Source: an uncultured Thermoplasmatales archaeon (GTDB taxonomy: Archaea > Thermoplasmatota > E2 > DHVEG-1). From it: a stretch of DNA of 64,000 nucleotides. The notes beneath the pieces were generated by a model. That model was given only the letters and a program-made list of their open reading frames with translations, ran no database searches and was not told the DNA's origin. The position numbers and the translations under genes are program-made. The stretch is from the NCBI GenBank assembly GCA_964518165.1, contig CAZFFN010000041.1, positions 1,791-65,790 on the forward strand. Direction: 5' to 3'. Below, piece after piece: positions 41,089 to 52,177 of this stretch (positions are counted from its first letter, which is position 1; each line of letters opens with the position of its first letter).

Positions 41089-41454
41089 TTATTCGCCAAT
41101 AATTTTTTTAACCTCTTCAAGGACTTGTGGTGCCTGAAATGGTTTGACTATGTATCCTTTTGCTCCTGCTTGTATTGCTTCTTTAACTTTTGATTCCTGG
41201 CCTACTGCTGTAACCATTATAACATTTGCACCTGAATCATCAGCGGTGATATTTTTTACTGCTTCGATACCTGTCATATTCGGCATAACGATATCCATTG
41301 TAACTAGGTCTGGTTTATGTTGTTTATATTTTTCAATTGCCTCAAGACCGTCTCCGGCTTCGTCTACGATTTCATATCCTTTGGGTTGTAGGATGTTTTT
41401 TAACATCATCCTCATAAATTTGGTGTCATCAACCAACAATATTTTTTTTCCCAT
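41089..41454 (-). CDS. cheY: Chemotaxis response regulator CheY
   Basis: 121 aa single REC domain: LLVDD...MDIVMPNMTGIEA...KGYIVKPF. Confidence 0.9.
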   Translation of the reverse strand: MGKKILLVDDTKFMRMMLKNILQPKGYEIVDEAGDGLEAIEKYKQHKPDLVTMDIVMPNMTGIEAVKNITADDSGANVIMVTAVGQESKVKEAIQAGAKGYIVKPFQAPQVLEEVKKIIGE

Positions 41455-41486
41455 CTATTTTCCTCCAATTTTTATTCTATATTAGT

Positions 41487-42392
41487 TTATCCTCCAACAT
41501 TTTTCTTCATTTGAGAAACTATATATTTAGTACCAATTTCTGTTAATTCAAACTCATCATCACCACTAACTTTGAGTACTTTTTTACTGACAAGGTTTTT
41601 AACAAGTCCCTGTAAACCCGCCATATCAATCCCAAGCATTTCAATAACGCTCTCTGCCTCAATATCACTTGTATACATCATTTGAACAAGCATAAATTCC
41701 TGCTCTGTTAATTCAATTTCTTCTTCATCATCTATTCCTTTTACACTTTTAATGAGTTTATTTAATAGAAGTATATCTGAGTTTTTCCCATTTACTAATG
41801 TGGATATCAAGCCTTCTCCTTTCTTTTGATATTTTAGAGTAATTGATCTAACTCCTTTAGCTACTCCATCTTCTTCACCTATATCAAAATCATCAAGTTT
41901 AGCTATTTCAATTTCTTCAACTTGTTTTTTGCCCATCCATTCTGAGACTAATTGTATAGTATCATCTTTTATCTCCATTTTTCCCTTTACAGGTTGTTTG
42001 TCTAAAAGAACTTTTCCACCTTTACTAAAGGGACAAACAAATTCAACTTCTGAATTATTTGGAACTTTCTCACAGAGTTTTTTCTTTAGAGTATTTGCAG
42101 TTTGTTGAGTAGTTGAAACTAATGTTACTAGTTTTTCATTATTTGAAGTATGATGAATCGGCATTACCATACCAGCGCCTAGTGCAAGTCTACCAAGAGA
42201 TATTTTTTGGCCGACATCTGTTATGTCTGAGTATGGGATTTTTATTTCTTCATCATCTAACAATAACCCTATTTCATTATCTTTAATCTCTAAGTTGCCT
42301 TTTTGCCATTTCTTTTTTACATTATCTAATCCTTCAGGAACTGAAGCAATGAGTTTTATCATTTTTAGTACATTTTCGTCTTCATCTACCAT
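41487..42392 (-). CDS. Hypothetical protein in the che operon, possibly a CheF-like adaptor, with a C-terminal winged-helix-like region
   Basis: 301 aa with no recognisable CheW, REC or PAS domain. It sits between cheY and an MCP. The assignment is positional only. Confidence 0.3.
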   Translation of the reverse strand: MVDEDENVLKMIKLIASVPEGLDNVKKKWQKGNLEIKDNEIGLLLDDEEIKIPYSDITDVGQKISLGRLALGAGMVMPIHHTSNNEKLVTLVSTTQQTANTLKKKLCEKVPNNSEVEFVCPFSKGGKVLLDKQPVKGKMEIKDDTIQLVSEWMGKKQVEEIEIAKLDDFDIGEEDGVAKGVRSITLKYQKKGEGLISTLVNGKNSDILLLNKLIKSVKGIDDEEEIELTEQEFMLVQMMYTSDIEAESVIEMLGIDMAGLQGLVKNLVSKKVLKVSGDDEFELTEIGTKYIVSQMKKNVGG

Positions 42393-42415
42393 TTTTTCCC
42401 AACTTTTTTAGATAA

Positions 42416-44911
42416 TTATTTTTCTTTTGAATCTATGTTATTTGTTTTTTCATTAATATTTGATTTAATATTACCCGCGCCAGGTATTTTGAATATTGAC
42501 ATTAGTTCTTTGAGTTCATCTGCTTTATCTGTAAGGTTCTGTGCCATATCTGCAATTTGCTCGATTGCACTTGTTGTTTCTTCAATTGAACTACTTATTT
42601 CTTCTGAACCTGCTGCACTTTCTTGAGATACAGCACTAACATTTTCTATTGATCTCTGAACTTCTTCAGCGCTTTTCATTTGTATATCTGAAGAATCTTT
42701 AATTTCATTAATTTGTTCAGTTACTAACGAAATATTTGATGTGATTTCATCTAGTGAGCTTAAAGCTTCATTAACTATCTTTCCGCTGTCATTAACATCT
42801 TTAACGCTCTGAGACATTGAATTAACAGCATTTTTTGTAGAAGATGAAATATCTTCTATCATGGAATCTATTTGTTTTGTTGCATTTTGGCTTTCTTCAG
42901 CAAGTTTTCTTACTTCATCAGCTACAACAGCAAAACCACGTCCAGCATCACCCGCCCTTGCTGCTTCAATTGCAGCGTTAAGTGCCAATAGGTTAGTTTG
43001 TTCAGAAATGCTGTTAATTAGTTCAACAACTTTATGAATTTGCTCGCTTTTATTTCCAAGTTCTTTAACTGTTTGAGAAGTCTTTGTTACAACCTCTCTT
43101 ATATTATTCATTTTTTCTGATGCATCAGCAGCCGCCATTCCACCTTTTTCAGCAATTTTATTTACATTTTCCGTTGCATCAGCAGTTTTATTTGCAATTT
43201 CATCCATGTTTTTTACTTTTTCAAGTAATTCATTTGTACTGTGTGTTGTATTAACAGAAAGACTACTTAGATCTTGACTTCCTTTACTTATCTCTTGAAT
43301 TGAGCTGCTGGCTTGTTCAGATGAAGCTGTTACTTCTTCAGTGTTTGCACTAAGTTTTTCAGCGGTTTCTAATACTAAATCTGTACTGTCTCTAATTTTT
43401 CCAACCATATGTCTGTAGCTGTCTACCATCTTTGCTACAGATCTACCAAGAATACTTGTTGAATCATTTTCATTAAAATTATTTTTGTCAATAGTGATTG
43501 TCAAATCTCCCTTTGACATCTTTTCAACATTATCAACAAGATTTTTAAGAACTGTAAGATTCTGTACGATTTCAAATCCGCCAACTGGTTCATTATTACT
43601 GTCAAGTAAGCATCCGCATGCAGCACGAATTGGTATTTTTTGACCATTCTTAGCTGTTGCAACTGTTTCAGCAACTATTGTTCCCTTTGTTTTCATACAG
43701 TTTTTAATTGTACAATTATCGGTGTTACAAACTGGTGTTTTACAAACATCACCACAGGTCATTTTCCCATTGATTTCTTTTTCTGTGTAACCTAAGGCTT
43801 CTCTGAATGCTTTATTATGATCAGTAATCACCAAATCATTATTTACCTTAAAAGCCGGATCAGGTATTCCATGTAAGAAACTTTCATCAATTTTACCTTT
43901 GTCTTTAATCTGAGTAAGCATTGAACTAAATGATTTTGCAAGGCTTCCAATCTCATCTTTTTTTGCAAGTATCTTTTTATTCAAAGTTGAAGATCTATCA
44001 CCTTTTGCAAATTTATCTGATGTTTCTTTTAAATCTGATAGTGGTTTTACAAGTTTTGAAACAAAGAGGTAAGCAATTATTGAACCTGCAACTATTAAGC
44101 CTATTGATAGAAGTATCATCATATTGATTTGTTCATTTGCTGATTTCTGTATTGCAATAAATTCATCAAGAAATTCTTCCTCGAAAGCAGAAGATATTAT
44201 GATATGATTAGTTCCTTCAATTGGAGCATATGCAGCTATTTTATATGTGCCTGTTTCAGGAGAGATATATCTATGATAACCAACTCCATCAAAACTTTCT
44301 GATGAAATGTCACTTAAAATATGCTGAACATACTCTTTATCCGCCCAATTTTCACCTTGTACTTTCTTATGTAGAACCATATTTCCGGAGGTATCTAGAA
44401 TAAATACAAAACCAGTATCGCCAACTACAATATCAGATAATTCTGTATAGAAATCGCCAATAAGTTCGTCATAATAGGCACCAGCTCCTACAATCCACTC
44501 CCTCTCAGGAATATGAACAAAAGCAGAGATCTTATCACGTGGAACAGTCTCGCCTTCATTCTTCCAGGGATAAATCTGATAATCAACATCGTTAGCAGTA
44601 AGATCCTTTCCTTTCTTTATCATTTCCTGTACAAAGGCTACTCCATCATTATCTTCAGCATTCCAAATATTCTTTCCATCACTTGCACGATTGTTAGATA
44701 CCACATAATTTCCATTATAATCAAGGACCCATACATAGCCAGTTTCACCGACGCTCATCGAAGCGATTGTATCTTTAAGTGTTTCATCATCACCTTCCCA
44801 GTTTTTGATAAACCAGTAAACAGGTTCTATCTCTGATGCAGCTATACTTTTTCCTTGTTCATAAACACTTTTCCCATATAAACCTAAGGCATATGCTTCT
44901 TTGCCGACCAT
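42416..44911 (-). CDS. Methyl-accepting chemotaxis protein 1 (double-Cache-like periplasmic sensor, TM, HAMP, Cys-rich PAS-like module, MCP signalling domain); the true start probably lies upstream near 45109
   Basis: Conserved signalling core [45 protein letters not shown]. The in-frame upstream 66 codons encode a K-rich plus hydrophobic signal-anchor (..[32 protein letters not shown]..) with no ATG, GTG or TTG. Confidence 0.85.
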   Translation of the reverse strand: MVGKEAYALGLYGKSVYEQGKSIAASEIEPVYWFIKNWEGDDETLKDTIASMSVGETGYVWVLDYNGNYVVSNNRASDGKNIWNAEDNDGVAFVQEMIKKGKDLTANDVDYQIYPWKNEGETVPRDKISAFVHIPEREWIVGAGAYYDELIGDFYTELSDIVVGDTGFVFILDTSGNMVLHKKVQGENWADKEYVQHILSDISSESFDGVGYHRYISPETGTYKIAAYAPIEGTNHIIISSAFEEEFLDEFIAIQKSANEQINMMILLSIGLIVAGSIIAYLFVSKLVKPLSDLKETSDKFAKGDRSSTLNKKILAKKDEIGSLAKSFSSMLTQIKDKGKIDESFLHGIPDPAFKVNNDLVITDHNKAFREALGYTEKEINGKMTCGDVCKTPVCNTDNCTIKNCMKTKGTIVAETVATAKNGQKIPIRAACGCLLDSNNEPVGGFEIVQNLTVLKNLVDNVEKMSKGDLTITIDKNNFNENDSTSILGRSVAKMVDSYRHMVGKIRDSTDLVLETAEKLSANTEEVTASSEQASSSIQEISKGSQDLSSLSVNTTHSTNELLEKVKNMDEIANKTADATENVNKIAEKGGMAAADASEKMNNIREVVTKTSQTVKELGNKSEQIHKVVELINSISEQTNLLALNAAIEAARAGDAGRGFAVVADEVRKLAEESQNATKQIDSMIEDISSSTKNAVNSMSQSVKDVNDSGKIVNEALSSLDEITSNISLVTEQINEIKDSSDIQMKSAEEVQRSIENVSAVSQESAAGSEEISSSIEETTSAIEQIADMAQNLTDKADELKELMSIFKIPGAGNIKSNINEKTNNIDSKEK
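42870..42937. repeat. 68-nt segment near-identical (1 mismatch) to 45749..45816, within the MCP1 and MCP2 signalling domains
   Basis: atttgttttgttgcattttggctttcttcagcaagttttcttacttcatcagc[t/a]acaacagcaaaacc. Confidence 0.8.
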
Positions 44912-45306
44912 TACTTCAATTTGATTATATGTTTCTTCTTTTGCTTTCCCAACGCTACTATTAACTGCATTAATTCCAATTGCACAAGCTGTTGTCGTTG
45001 GAATTGCTACAAGTAAAACACAGAGAGCTACAATTTTAATTTTTAGACTAATCCCTTTATTTTTTCTTTTCTTTGAAAAGTTATTTTTTTGGAATTTATT
45101 TTTAACTATATAGACCCCTCCTACGAGATATCCCTCAAATCTCTCCTTTAATCATTTAAATTGGGAAAATAGTTGCTACTAACGATTAAATTATCCTACT
45201 TACCCATCCATTACTCTCTTAAAAATAGAATAATGTAAGAATACTTAAGTATTTCTAATAAAAAGAAAGAAAAAATAGAGTAAAAATTGTATAATTATAG
45301 AGTAAA

Positions 45307-47130
45307 TTACTCCTGTATTTTAATTTCTTTTTTTGAGTTCTTAGAGTCTTTAAAATCTTCCTTTTTTGAATTATCCTCATCATTGGAATCAAATGATAAA
45401 TCATTGAGTTTTTCAAAAGAATTATTGGTCTTAAACTTTTCAACTTGTGATTGTAGATCTGTTGAAAGTTCTGTTAGTTTTGTCGCAGCACCTGTTACTT
45501 GCTGCATACTAGCTGTTACTTGCTGAGTTGCACTGCTTGTTTCTTCACTACTTGCAGCGTTTTCTTCGGCTACAGCAGAGACTTCACTAGCTGCTTTATC
45601 AACTGATTGAACAATTATTGGTATTTTCTTAAAAGCATTTACTGCGTTTTCAACATCAGTGTGTCCTTCATTTACCTGTTCTCTGTTTTTATCCATACTT
45701 TTTACTGCACCAGTTATCTCATTTTGTATATCTGTGATTAGCGAACCAATTTGTTTTGTTGCATTTTGGCTTTCTTCAGCAAGTTTTCTTACTTCATCAG
45801 CAACAACAGCAAAACCTCGCCCTGCATCTCCAGCTCTTGCTGCTTCAATTGCAGCGTTTAGTGCTAAAAGATTAGTTTGCTCAGATATAGAATTTATAAC
45901 ATTTATTATATCTCCAATTGCTGTTGATTTTTCCCCAAGTGAAGATATCTTATTTGCTCCATCTTCAGTGGTCTGTTTGATTATTTGCATTTTGTTTAAG
46001 AGTTTATCTGCTGCATCTTTTCCTTCTCCAGCAGTTTCCCCTGCTTTTTTGATTTCAGCTAGAACTATATTTGATTGATTTGTTGTATTACTTGCACCAT
46101 CTGCAATTTGTTGTACAGATGATGATGTTTCTTCAACAGATGCATTTACTTCTTGAGCACTACTAGATAATTCTTGTGCGCTACTTGATAAAGTAGATAC
46201 ACCTTGTTTTACATTTTCAACAAGATTGGCCATACTTTCAACCATTGTATCAATTGCTTTAGCCAAAGTTCCTGTTGAGTCATCACGGTTTTTATATTCT
46301 TCTTCAACTTCTACTGTTAGATCACCTTTTGATACTTTTTCAACATTTTCAACCATAGAATGCAGAGCACTTAGATCTGTTAAAAGTTCAAACCCGCCGA
46401 CGGGTTCATTGTTTTTATCTAGTAAAACACCACAAGCAGCACGTATTGGAAGTTTTTTTCCGTCGCGAGTTGTAGCATGAGTTTCAGCAACAATTGTTCC
46501 TTTTGTTTTTATACAGTTCTTTATAGTGCAACTATCTGTGTTACAAACAGGAGTTTTACAAAGATCTCCGCAAGTCATTTTTCCTACTACTTCATCTATG
46601 CTGTAGCCCATTGCTTCAGCAAATGCTTTGTTGACATCTGTTATAACTAGATTTTTATCTGTTTTAAAAGCTGGATCCGGCATTCCTTGCAAAAAACTTT
46701 CATCAATTTTTTTCTGATCTTCAAGTTTTTTTTGTTGTTCTTTTATATCTGAAATATCAGCAAATGATTCAATAACTCCAACAACATCTCCTTTTGTGTC
46801 TTTTAATGGAGTTGCTCGTAATTTTACAGGAATTTTTTCCCCCTTTGAAGTTTCTTTTTCAACTTCACCTTCGATTACTTCTTCTCCTTTTAATAACTTT
46901 ACTAGAGTACAATTTTTACTTTTACATGTATGACCCTTTAATTCATCACTACATCTCATCCCAATTGCTTTTTCTGAGTTTACTCCCGAAAGTTCATCCA
47001 TTTTTTTGTTTTGATATATTATATTGAATTTTTTATCAATAACTCTAATAGCTGCAACTGACCCATCTAACGCTTGGAATAATTCACTCTTATCTAAACC
47101 ATCTTTTTTACTTTTTTTAAGTTTAAACAT
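45307..47130 (-). CDS. Methyl-accepting chemotaxis protein 2 (cytoplasmic; two Cys-rich PAS-like modules plus MCP signalling domain)
   Basis: No TM segment. PAS-like modules with [18 protein letters not shown] and [22 protein letters not shown]. The signalling core is identical to MCP1. Confidence 0.85.
   Translation of the reverse strand: MFKLKKSKKDGLDKSELFQALDGSVAAIRVIDKKFNIIYQNKKMDELSGVNSEKAIGMRCSDELKGHTCKSKNCTLVKLLKGEEVIEGEVEKETSKGEKIPVKLRATPLKDTKGDVVGVIESFADISDIKEQQKKLEDQKKIDESFLQGMPDPAFKTDKNLVITDVNKAFAEAMGYSIDEVVGKMTCGDLCKTPVCNTDSCTIKNCIKTKGTIVAETHATTRDGKKLPIRAACGVLLDKNNEPVGGFELLTDLSALHSMVENVEKVSKGDLTVEVEEEYKNRDDSTGTLAKAIDTMVESMANLVENVKQGVSTLSSSAQELSSSAQEVNASVEETSSSVQQIADGASNTTNQSNIVLAEIKKAGETAGEGKDAADKLLNKMQIIKQTTEDGANKISSLGEKSTAIGDIINVINSISEQTNLLALNAAIEAARAGDAGRGFAVVADEVRKLAEESQNATKQIGSLITDIQNEITGAVKSMDKNREQVNEGHTDVENAVNAFKKIPIIVQSVDKAASEVSAVAEENAASSEETSSATQQVTASMQQVTGAATKLTELSTDLQSQVEKFKTNNSFEKLNDLSFDSNDEDNSKKEDFKDSKNSKKEIKIQE
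45794..45879. repeat. 86-nt segment near-identical (1 mismatch) to 49527..49612, within the MCP2 and MCP3 signalling domains
   Basis: Aligned by eye: tcatcagcaacaacagcaaaacctcgccctgcatctccagctcttgc[t/a]gcttcaattgcagcgtttagtgctaaaagattagtttg. Confidence 0.8.
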
Positions 47131-47434
47131 TTAGCCCATCCTCACCTTAAGGTTTTTTTAAAGTGTAAATTTCACTTTTGCTATAATTTAACACTTGTTA
47201 ACAAAATTTGATATGGGATATTTGATATAAAAATATTATTAGTAATTCAGTACTTAAAAAAGTGACTGGAATAAGGCTAAAAAGAGATTTATTTTAAAAT
47301 GTTGAAATTAGATTTCCCCTTATAGAGTCTCAAAATTTTGTAGGGTGTTCTATACTTTACGGATTAATATAATTTGACCTAAATTTTAGAAGAGAAAGTT
47401 CTTTGATTATTAAAAATCATGTTTCTTATTTTGA

Positions 47435-48265
47435 TTAAAGGAAATTTTCTGTTGTTTGAATTAATTCAAAAGATAATCTATTGATTTTAGATTTTAAATT
47501 ATCATAATTTTTGTTTTGTTTTTCAATTAGAATATTTTTCTTTTCTATTCCATTTCTTAAGGTTTTTATTTCCGCATTTTTCTCTACCAAATCTGATTTT
47601 AACATAGTTACAGAATCATTAATTTTTTTAAAATCTTCATTTTTTAAAATATTCGTCTTTATTGTTTCTTCAAGTTTTTTAATCTCAAAAACATTCTTAT
47701 TTAATTCAATATTTCTTTTTTCTATTTCGTTTCTAAGCAATTTTATTTCGCCGTTTTTTTGATTAACTATTCCCTTTTTTTCTGAAAGTTCTTTTTTTAT
47801 ATCATTTTGCATATTTGTAACTGGATTTATATTATTTCTCAGAATTGATATATCTGCCTTAAGACTCTTAATTTGATTATCCTTTTCGTTAAGCGATATA
47901 TTTTTTGTTTCCATTTCTTTCATTGAAAATTTTAATTCATCTTTTAAATTACTTAACTCAGTTCTGTGGTGATTTAATTCGGAATTTAAACTATTTATTG
48001 TTTTTTCATTTTTTACTAAATCAACTTTTAATTTATCAATATCAGATATTATTTCTTTATTTGTAGCTTTTTCATCTATTGTCATTTTTGTTTTCAAAGA
48101 AGCGTTTTCATTTCTATTGTCTTCAAATCTGAGTCTGTTTAGATTTGTTTTTATATTATCAAAAAGAGCTTCTTCTTTTTGTTTAGAATCATTTTTTTCA
48201 GATATAAATTTATCAATATTTGAAAAAATTTCTTCAATTTCTTGCGCATCCATATTATATAACAC
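47435..48265 (-). CDS. Coiled-coil protein (276 aa) embedded in the che cluster
   Basis: Almost entirely heptad-like N/K/E/L-rich repeats (..LKSDLVEKNAEIKTLRNGIEKKNI..). Confidence 0.4.
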   Translation of the reverse strand: MLYNMDAQEIEEIFSNIDKFISEKNDSKQKEEALFDNIKTNLNRLRFEDNRNENASLKTKMTIDEKATNKEIISDIDKLKVDLVKNEKTINSLNSELNHHRTELSNLKDELKFSMKEMETKNISLNEKDNQIKSLKADISILRNNINPVTNMQNDIKKELSEKKGIVNQKNGEIKLLRNEIEKRNIELNKNVFEIKKLEETIKTNILKNEDFKKINDSVTMLKSDLVEKNAEIKTLRNGIEKKNILIEKQNKNYDNLKSKINRLSFELIQTTENFL

Positions 48266-48308
48266 CTATTTTTTTTATTTCTTTATTTTAATTTGATTTT
48301 TTAGTTGA

Positions 48309-48965
48309 TTATTTTTTGGTTTTTTCAGTTTTTTTATTTTTAGGTTTTTTATCTTCTTTCTTTTCTTTCTTTATTTCTAATTTTTTGTCTTCTTCTTTTT
48401 TTGATTTTTGTTGTTTTTCTTTGGGGCTATTTTTTTTATTTTCTGCTTGTTTTTTTATATTTTGAATATGTTCAAAATCTTTAGTATGAATAACTTTTTC
48501 GAGATCTAGAAGAGTTAGCAATCTTTTTTCGTCAAGTAGCCCAACACCCTCTATGTAATCAGTGTTAATATTTTCCTTTATCATCCCTGGAGCGGGTTGT
48601 ATTTTTTCACCAGGAAGTCTAATTACTTCCGTCGCACTATCTACAATCATTCCAACTGTATTATCATTTACTTCTACAACAAGAATTCTTGTATCATCAT
48701 CAATCTCCTTGCTAGGAAGACCTAGTTTCATTGATAGATCGTTTACAACAATTATGCTCCCTCTTAGATTAATAACTCCTTTTATGTAAGGAGGAGAATT
48801 TGGAATGCGAGTCACTTCCTCCCATCTTATTATTTCTTTAACATCATTAATATCAACACCAAATTCTTCATTTGCAACTTTAAATATTACAAGTTGTTGT
48901 TCATTTGATGATGTTCCATTATATCCTTTATTTTCTAATCCTACCGACATTTTATCACCATTCAT
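48309..48965 (-). CDS. cheW: Chemotaxis coupling protein CheW with a lysine-rich C-terminal tail
   Basis: CheW domain (FGVDINDVKEII...IPNSPPYIKGVINLRGSIIVVNDL...) followed by a KKQAENKKNSPKEKQQKSKKEEDKK... tail of about 55 aa. Confidence 0.8.
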   Translation of the reverse strand: MNGDKMSVGLENKGYNGTSSNEQQLVIFKVANEEFGVDINDVKEIIRWEEVTRIPNSPPYIKGVINLRGSIIVVNDLSMKLGLPSKEIDDDTRILVVEVNDNTVGMIVDSATEVIRLPGEKIQPAPGMIKENINTDYIEGVGLLDEKRLLTLLDLEKVIHTKDFEHIQNIKKQAENKKNSPKEKQQKSKKEEDKKLEIKKEKKEDKKPKNKKTEKTKK

Positions 48966-48985
48966 CTTTAAAAAATAAAAAATTA

Positions 48986-51529
48986 TTATGTTTTTGATTT
49001 TGTAGCTTTATTAGGATTTGTTCCTTTTGTTTCAGGATTGGGTGTTTGATCGTTTTTTGTTGAAGGTTCTTTTTTTGGAGGATTATTTGTGTTCTGATTT
49101 ATTGGTTTGTTATCTATTGAGTTTGTGGTTTGGTTTAATGATTGAGTATCATTTAAATCAAATTTAAATTGTTTAACTATCTCAGCTAAATCTACTGATA
49201 CGCTTGTAAGTTCCTGTGACGCACTAGTTACTTGTTGCATTGACGCAGATATTTCTTGCATTGCTGAACTTGCCTCTTCAGTTCCTGCTGCATTTTGCTG
49301 TGATACTGCACTAACTTCATTTGCTGATTCATTAACAGCATCAACTATTGGAGGCAGATTCTGAAAAGCTTTAACTGCTTCATCAACACCTTTGCTTCCA
49401 TCTTCAACTTGTTTTGCATTTTCATCCATACTTCTTACAGCGCTTTGTATTTCATCTTGTATACTAGAAATAAGCTCCCGGATTTGTTTTGTTGCATCTC
49501 CACTTTCTTCAGCTAGTTTTCTTACCTCATCAGCAACAACAGCAAAACCTCGCCCTGCATCTCCAGCTCTTGCAGCTTCAATTGCAGCGTTTAGTGCTAA
49601 AAGATTAGTTTGTTCACTAATTTGGTTAATAGTATTAACAATGTTCCCAATTTCTTTTGATTTTTCGCCTAGGCCTGCTATTTTTGTTGATCCTTCTATT
49701 GTTGCTCTTTCTATTAGTTTCATTTTTTCTTTTACATCTTCGGCAGCTTTTTGACCATCAGCTGCAGCGCCTTTGGCTTTCTTTGATTCATTTAGAACAA
49801 CATCTGTCTGATTAGCTGCATTATTTGCTCCATCTGCCATCTCTTGAATAGTAGAAGTGGTTTCTTCAACTGAGGAATTCACTTCTTCAGCTGAAGACGA
49901 CATCTCTTCAGATGAAGATGATACTATGTTTGCATTTTGATTGATCAAAGTGATTTTTTCTGTTAAACTATCAATTGTTTTGTTTAGGCTATTCTTTATT
50001 TTTGCAAAATCACCATTATAATCACTAGTAATCTTAACAGTAAGATCTCCTTGAGAAAGATGTTTTAGTACTTCAAGTGCTTCATAAATTGGACCAATGA
50101 AAGCTTCCATTGTATTGTTTATACCATCAACAATACCTTTCCATTTACCTTGGAATTTTTCTGGATCTCCACGTTTTTCAAGATTTCCCTCTGAAGCCGC
50201 AGTAGTAAGCATCCCTGCTTCATCTATAAGTGATCCAACGACGTTTATAGATTCGTCAAGAGAATCTTTAATTTTCATAAAGTTTGCTTTTACTTCTTGA
50301 GTATATTTGTCTCCCTCTGAAATACTAGTATCGATGTCTAAATTACCTTTTGAAAATTCTGCCAGATTTGTTGCTAATCTATCAACCTCTTTTTCTTGAT
50401 ATTCACGTACTCTATTAGCTTCTGTAATATCTTGTATAACTTCAATATGGCCAATTTTTTCTCCTTTTGAATCTTGAATGAATTGTGTGTCAACTTGAAA
50501 ATCCATATCTTGACCAGGCTGTTTGAAATAACTAGTTTTTTTACCTTTTTTTAACATTTGAATACCACATTTTTCTGTGTTACAAATATCTGCATTCCAA
50601 TTACTACATTGTTTTCCAAGCATTTCTTCACGTTTTAATCCAGTTATACCCTCAACAGCTTTATTGAAAAAGAGCCAGTTCATATCGCTATCTGTAACCG
50701 ATATTGGAAATGGCACTGCATCAAGTGACGATTCATATAAATAAAGTTTGTCTGCAGCACTTTTAAAAGCCTTGTTGACACCTTCAATAATCTTTCTAAA
50801 ATCACCAGTATGTTTTGTTTCATCAGCTCTTGTAGAAAATTCTTCGTTCTCAGCAGCTGATGCTAACTTATTAGCATCTGAAATTAATTCGTTTACTGAG
50901 TTAATGCATTTATTTATGTTATTTTTAATTTCATTGAAATCTCCATTATATTCTTCATTTATATTATCAGGTATTGTTCCCTTTCCTATCTGATCTATAT
51001 ATAAAGCAGCTACCTGAAGAGGACCAACAACTGAATCCAATGTTTGATTTACGCCTTGTATTACTTCTTTATATCCGCCCTTGAATTCTTCGGCATCTAA
51101 TCTTACATCAAGTTTTCCTTCAGATGTTGATTGTGTTAATCTTTTTGTTTCAGAAATCATCTTTTCAAGGTTGTTTTTCAATAGATCCATTTTTTCATTT
51201 GCTACAACTTGTTTACCGGGAAGTTTATCAAGATTTCTTGAAAAATCACCTTCAGCATATTCAGCTAAAACATCAAGTATTTTCAAAATATTATCAACAT
51301 GAAACTGAAAAGTAGAGTTATACCTTTCAGCAATTTTTTTGTATTCTCCTTTGTATTTTGATACATCTAATTTTTTTTCAAAATCGCCTTTTTTTTGTGC
51401 AGTATAAACTTCCTCAATGTCTTTTAAAAGAGTTCCCATCTCATCTTTTTGTTTTGAAGTTTTTTCTACATTTTTAGAGTTTTTTTTATTATTTTTATCC
51501 TTTTTAACCATGGCTGCATCACATCCCAT
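48986..51529 (-). CDS. Methyl-accepting chemotaxis protein 3 (cytoplasmic; multiple HAMP-like repeats, Cys-rich PAS-like module, MCP signalling domain; Q/N/P-rich C-terminus)
   Basis: Signalling core [45 protein letters not shown]. Cysteine motif [17 protein letters not shown]. Confidence 0.85.
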   Translation of the reverse strand: MGCDAAMVKKDKNNKKNSKNVEKTSKQKDEMGTLLKDIEEVYTAQKKGDFEKKLDVSKYKGEYKKIAERYNSTFQFHVDNILKILDVLAEYAEGDFSRNLDKLPGKQVVANEKMDLLKNNLEKMISETKRLTQSTSEGKLDVRLDAEEFKGGYKEVIQGVNQTLDSVVGPLQVAALYIDQIGKGTIPDNINEEYNGDFNEIKNNINKCINSVNELISDANKLASAAENEEFSTRADETKHTGDFRKIIEGVNKAFKSAADKLYLYESSLDAVPFPISVTDSDMNWLFFNKAVEGITGLKREEMLGKQCSNWNADICNTEKCGIQMLKKGKKTSYFKQPGQDMDFQVDTQFIQDSKGEKIGHIEVIQDITEANRVREYQEKEVDRLATNLAEFSKGNLDIDTSISEGDKYTQEVKANFMKIKDSLDESINVVGSLIDEAGMLTTAASEGNLEKRGDPEKFQGKWKGIVDGINNTMEAFIGPIYEALEVLKHLSQGDLTVKITSDYNGDFAKIKNSLNKTIDSLTEKITLINQNANIVSSSSEEMSSSAEEVNSSVEETTSTIQEMADGANNAANQTDVVLNESKKAKGAAADGQKAAEDVKEKMKLIERATIEGSTKIAGLGEKSKEIGNIVNTINQISEQTNLLALNAAIEAARAGDAGRGFAVVADEVRKLAEESGDATKQIRELISSIQDEIQSAVRSMDENAKQVEDGSKGVDEAVKAFQNLPPIVDAVNESANEVSAVSQQNAAGTEEASSAMQEISASMQQVTSASQELTSVSVDLAEIVKQFKFDLNDTQSLNQTTNSIDNKPINQNTNNPPKKEPSTKNDQTPNPETKGTNPNKATKSKT
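49527..49612. repeat. Partner copy of the 45794..45879 repeat (MCP3)
   Basis: See the partner entry. Confidence 0.8.
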
Positions 51530-51754
51530 CTTCTAAACTATTTCTTATCTCAAATTTTTTAGATTTACAAATAGAGTATCTTGGCGCATCTCATCCATTT
51601 TACTCATTTTTTCATTTACTAAATACTCAAGGAGTTTTAGGAGTGTTCATAAAAATACATCGCTTTGGAGATAAATGTAATTTCCCTGAACATCCCAACT
51701 TTCCTTGAAGTGCTAATTCTAGCTTATTAATTAGAATCCTTATATTAAATAATA

Positions 51755-51800
51755 ACTTAATTTCGTTATAATTTCGTTATAATTTCATTGTAATTTTTCA
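51755..51800. promoter_or_regulatory. Direct repeats containing CGTTATAA (ttcgttataatttcgttataatttcattgtaa) in the roughly 300-nt region upstream of the MCP3 start
   Basis: Seen in the sequence. The same CGTTATAA core recurs at 54948-54975. Confidence 0.3.
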
Positions 51801-51826
51801 TAAATGTATTGTTAAAAGAGAACTAT

Positions 51827-52177
51827 TCATTTTTCTATCTTTTCAATAATATTTTTTTCAATTGCTTTTAAATCCTTGATTTTACTCTCTTTATAATCCG
51901 ATTCAATTAAAGCATTTAAAAAATCTTTTGTTAAATCCATATGGTCTCTTCTGTATACGACTTTTATTTTATTTTCATTTAAAATACCTTTGATTGCAAA
52001 AAAATATTTTTTATCAAATGAATAGAAAGGCCTTTCTAAGCTATCTAAAACTGTTATTTTTCCAAATTTTTCTAATAATTTTACCCATGTACTATCTACC
52101 TTTTTATCCAACTTATATTCTTTAATAAAGTTACCATCAAAGCAGTCTTCTGAATATATCTCACTTAAGATTTTCAT
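51827..52177 (-). CDS. Hypothetical protein (116 aa)
   Basis: ORF only. Its start codon is separated by 1 nt from the upstream aminotransferase gene. Confidence 0.3.
   Translation of the reverse strand: MKILSEIYSEDCFDGNFIKEYKLDKKVDSTWVKLLEKFGKITVLDSLERPFYSFDKKYFFAIKGILNENKIKVVYRRDHMDLTKDFLNALIESDYKESKIKDLKAIEKNIIEKIEK

Noticed and set aside
45659-46078. 139-aa ORF antisense to MCP2, with similar antisense ORFs at 49392..49754, 42435..42626 and 46226..46480
   Set aside because: Mirror frames of the conserved MCP signalling domain, which gives A/S-rich reverse translations. No independent start or RBS support.
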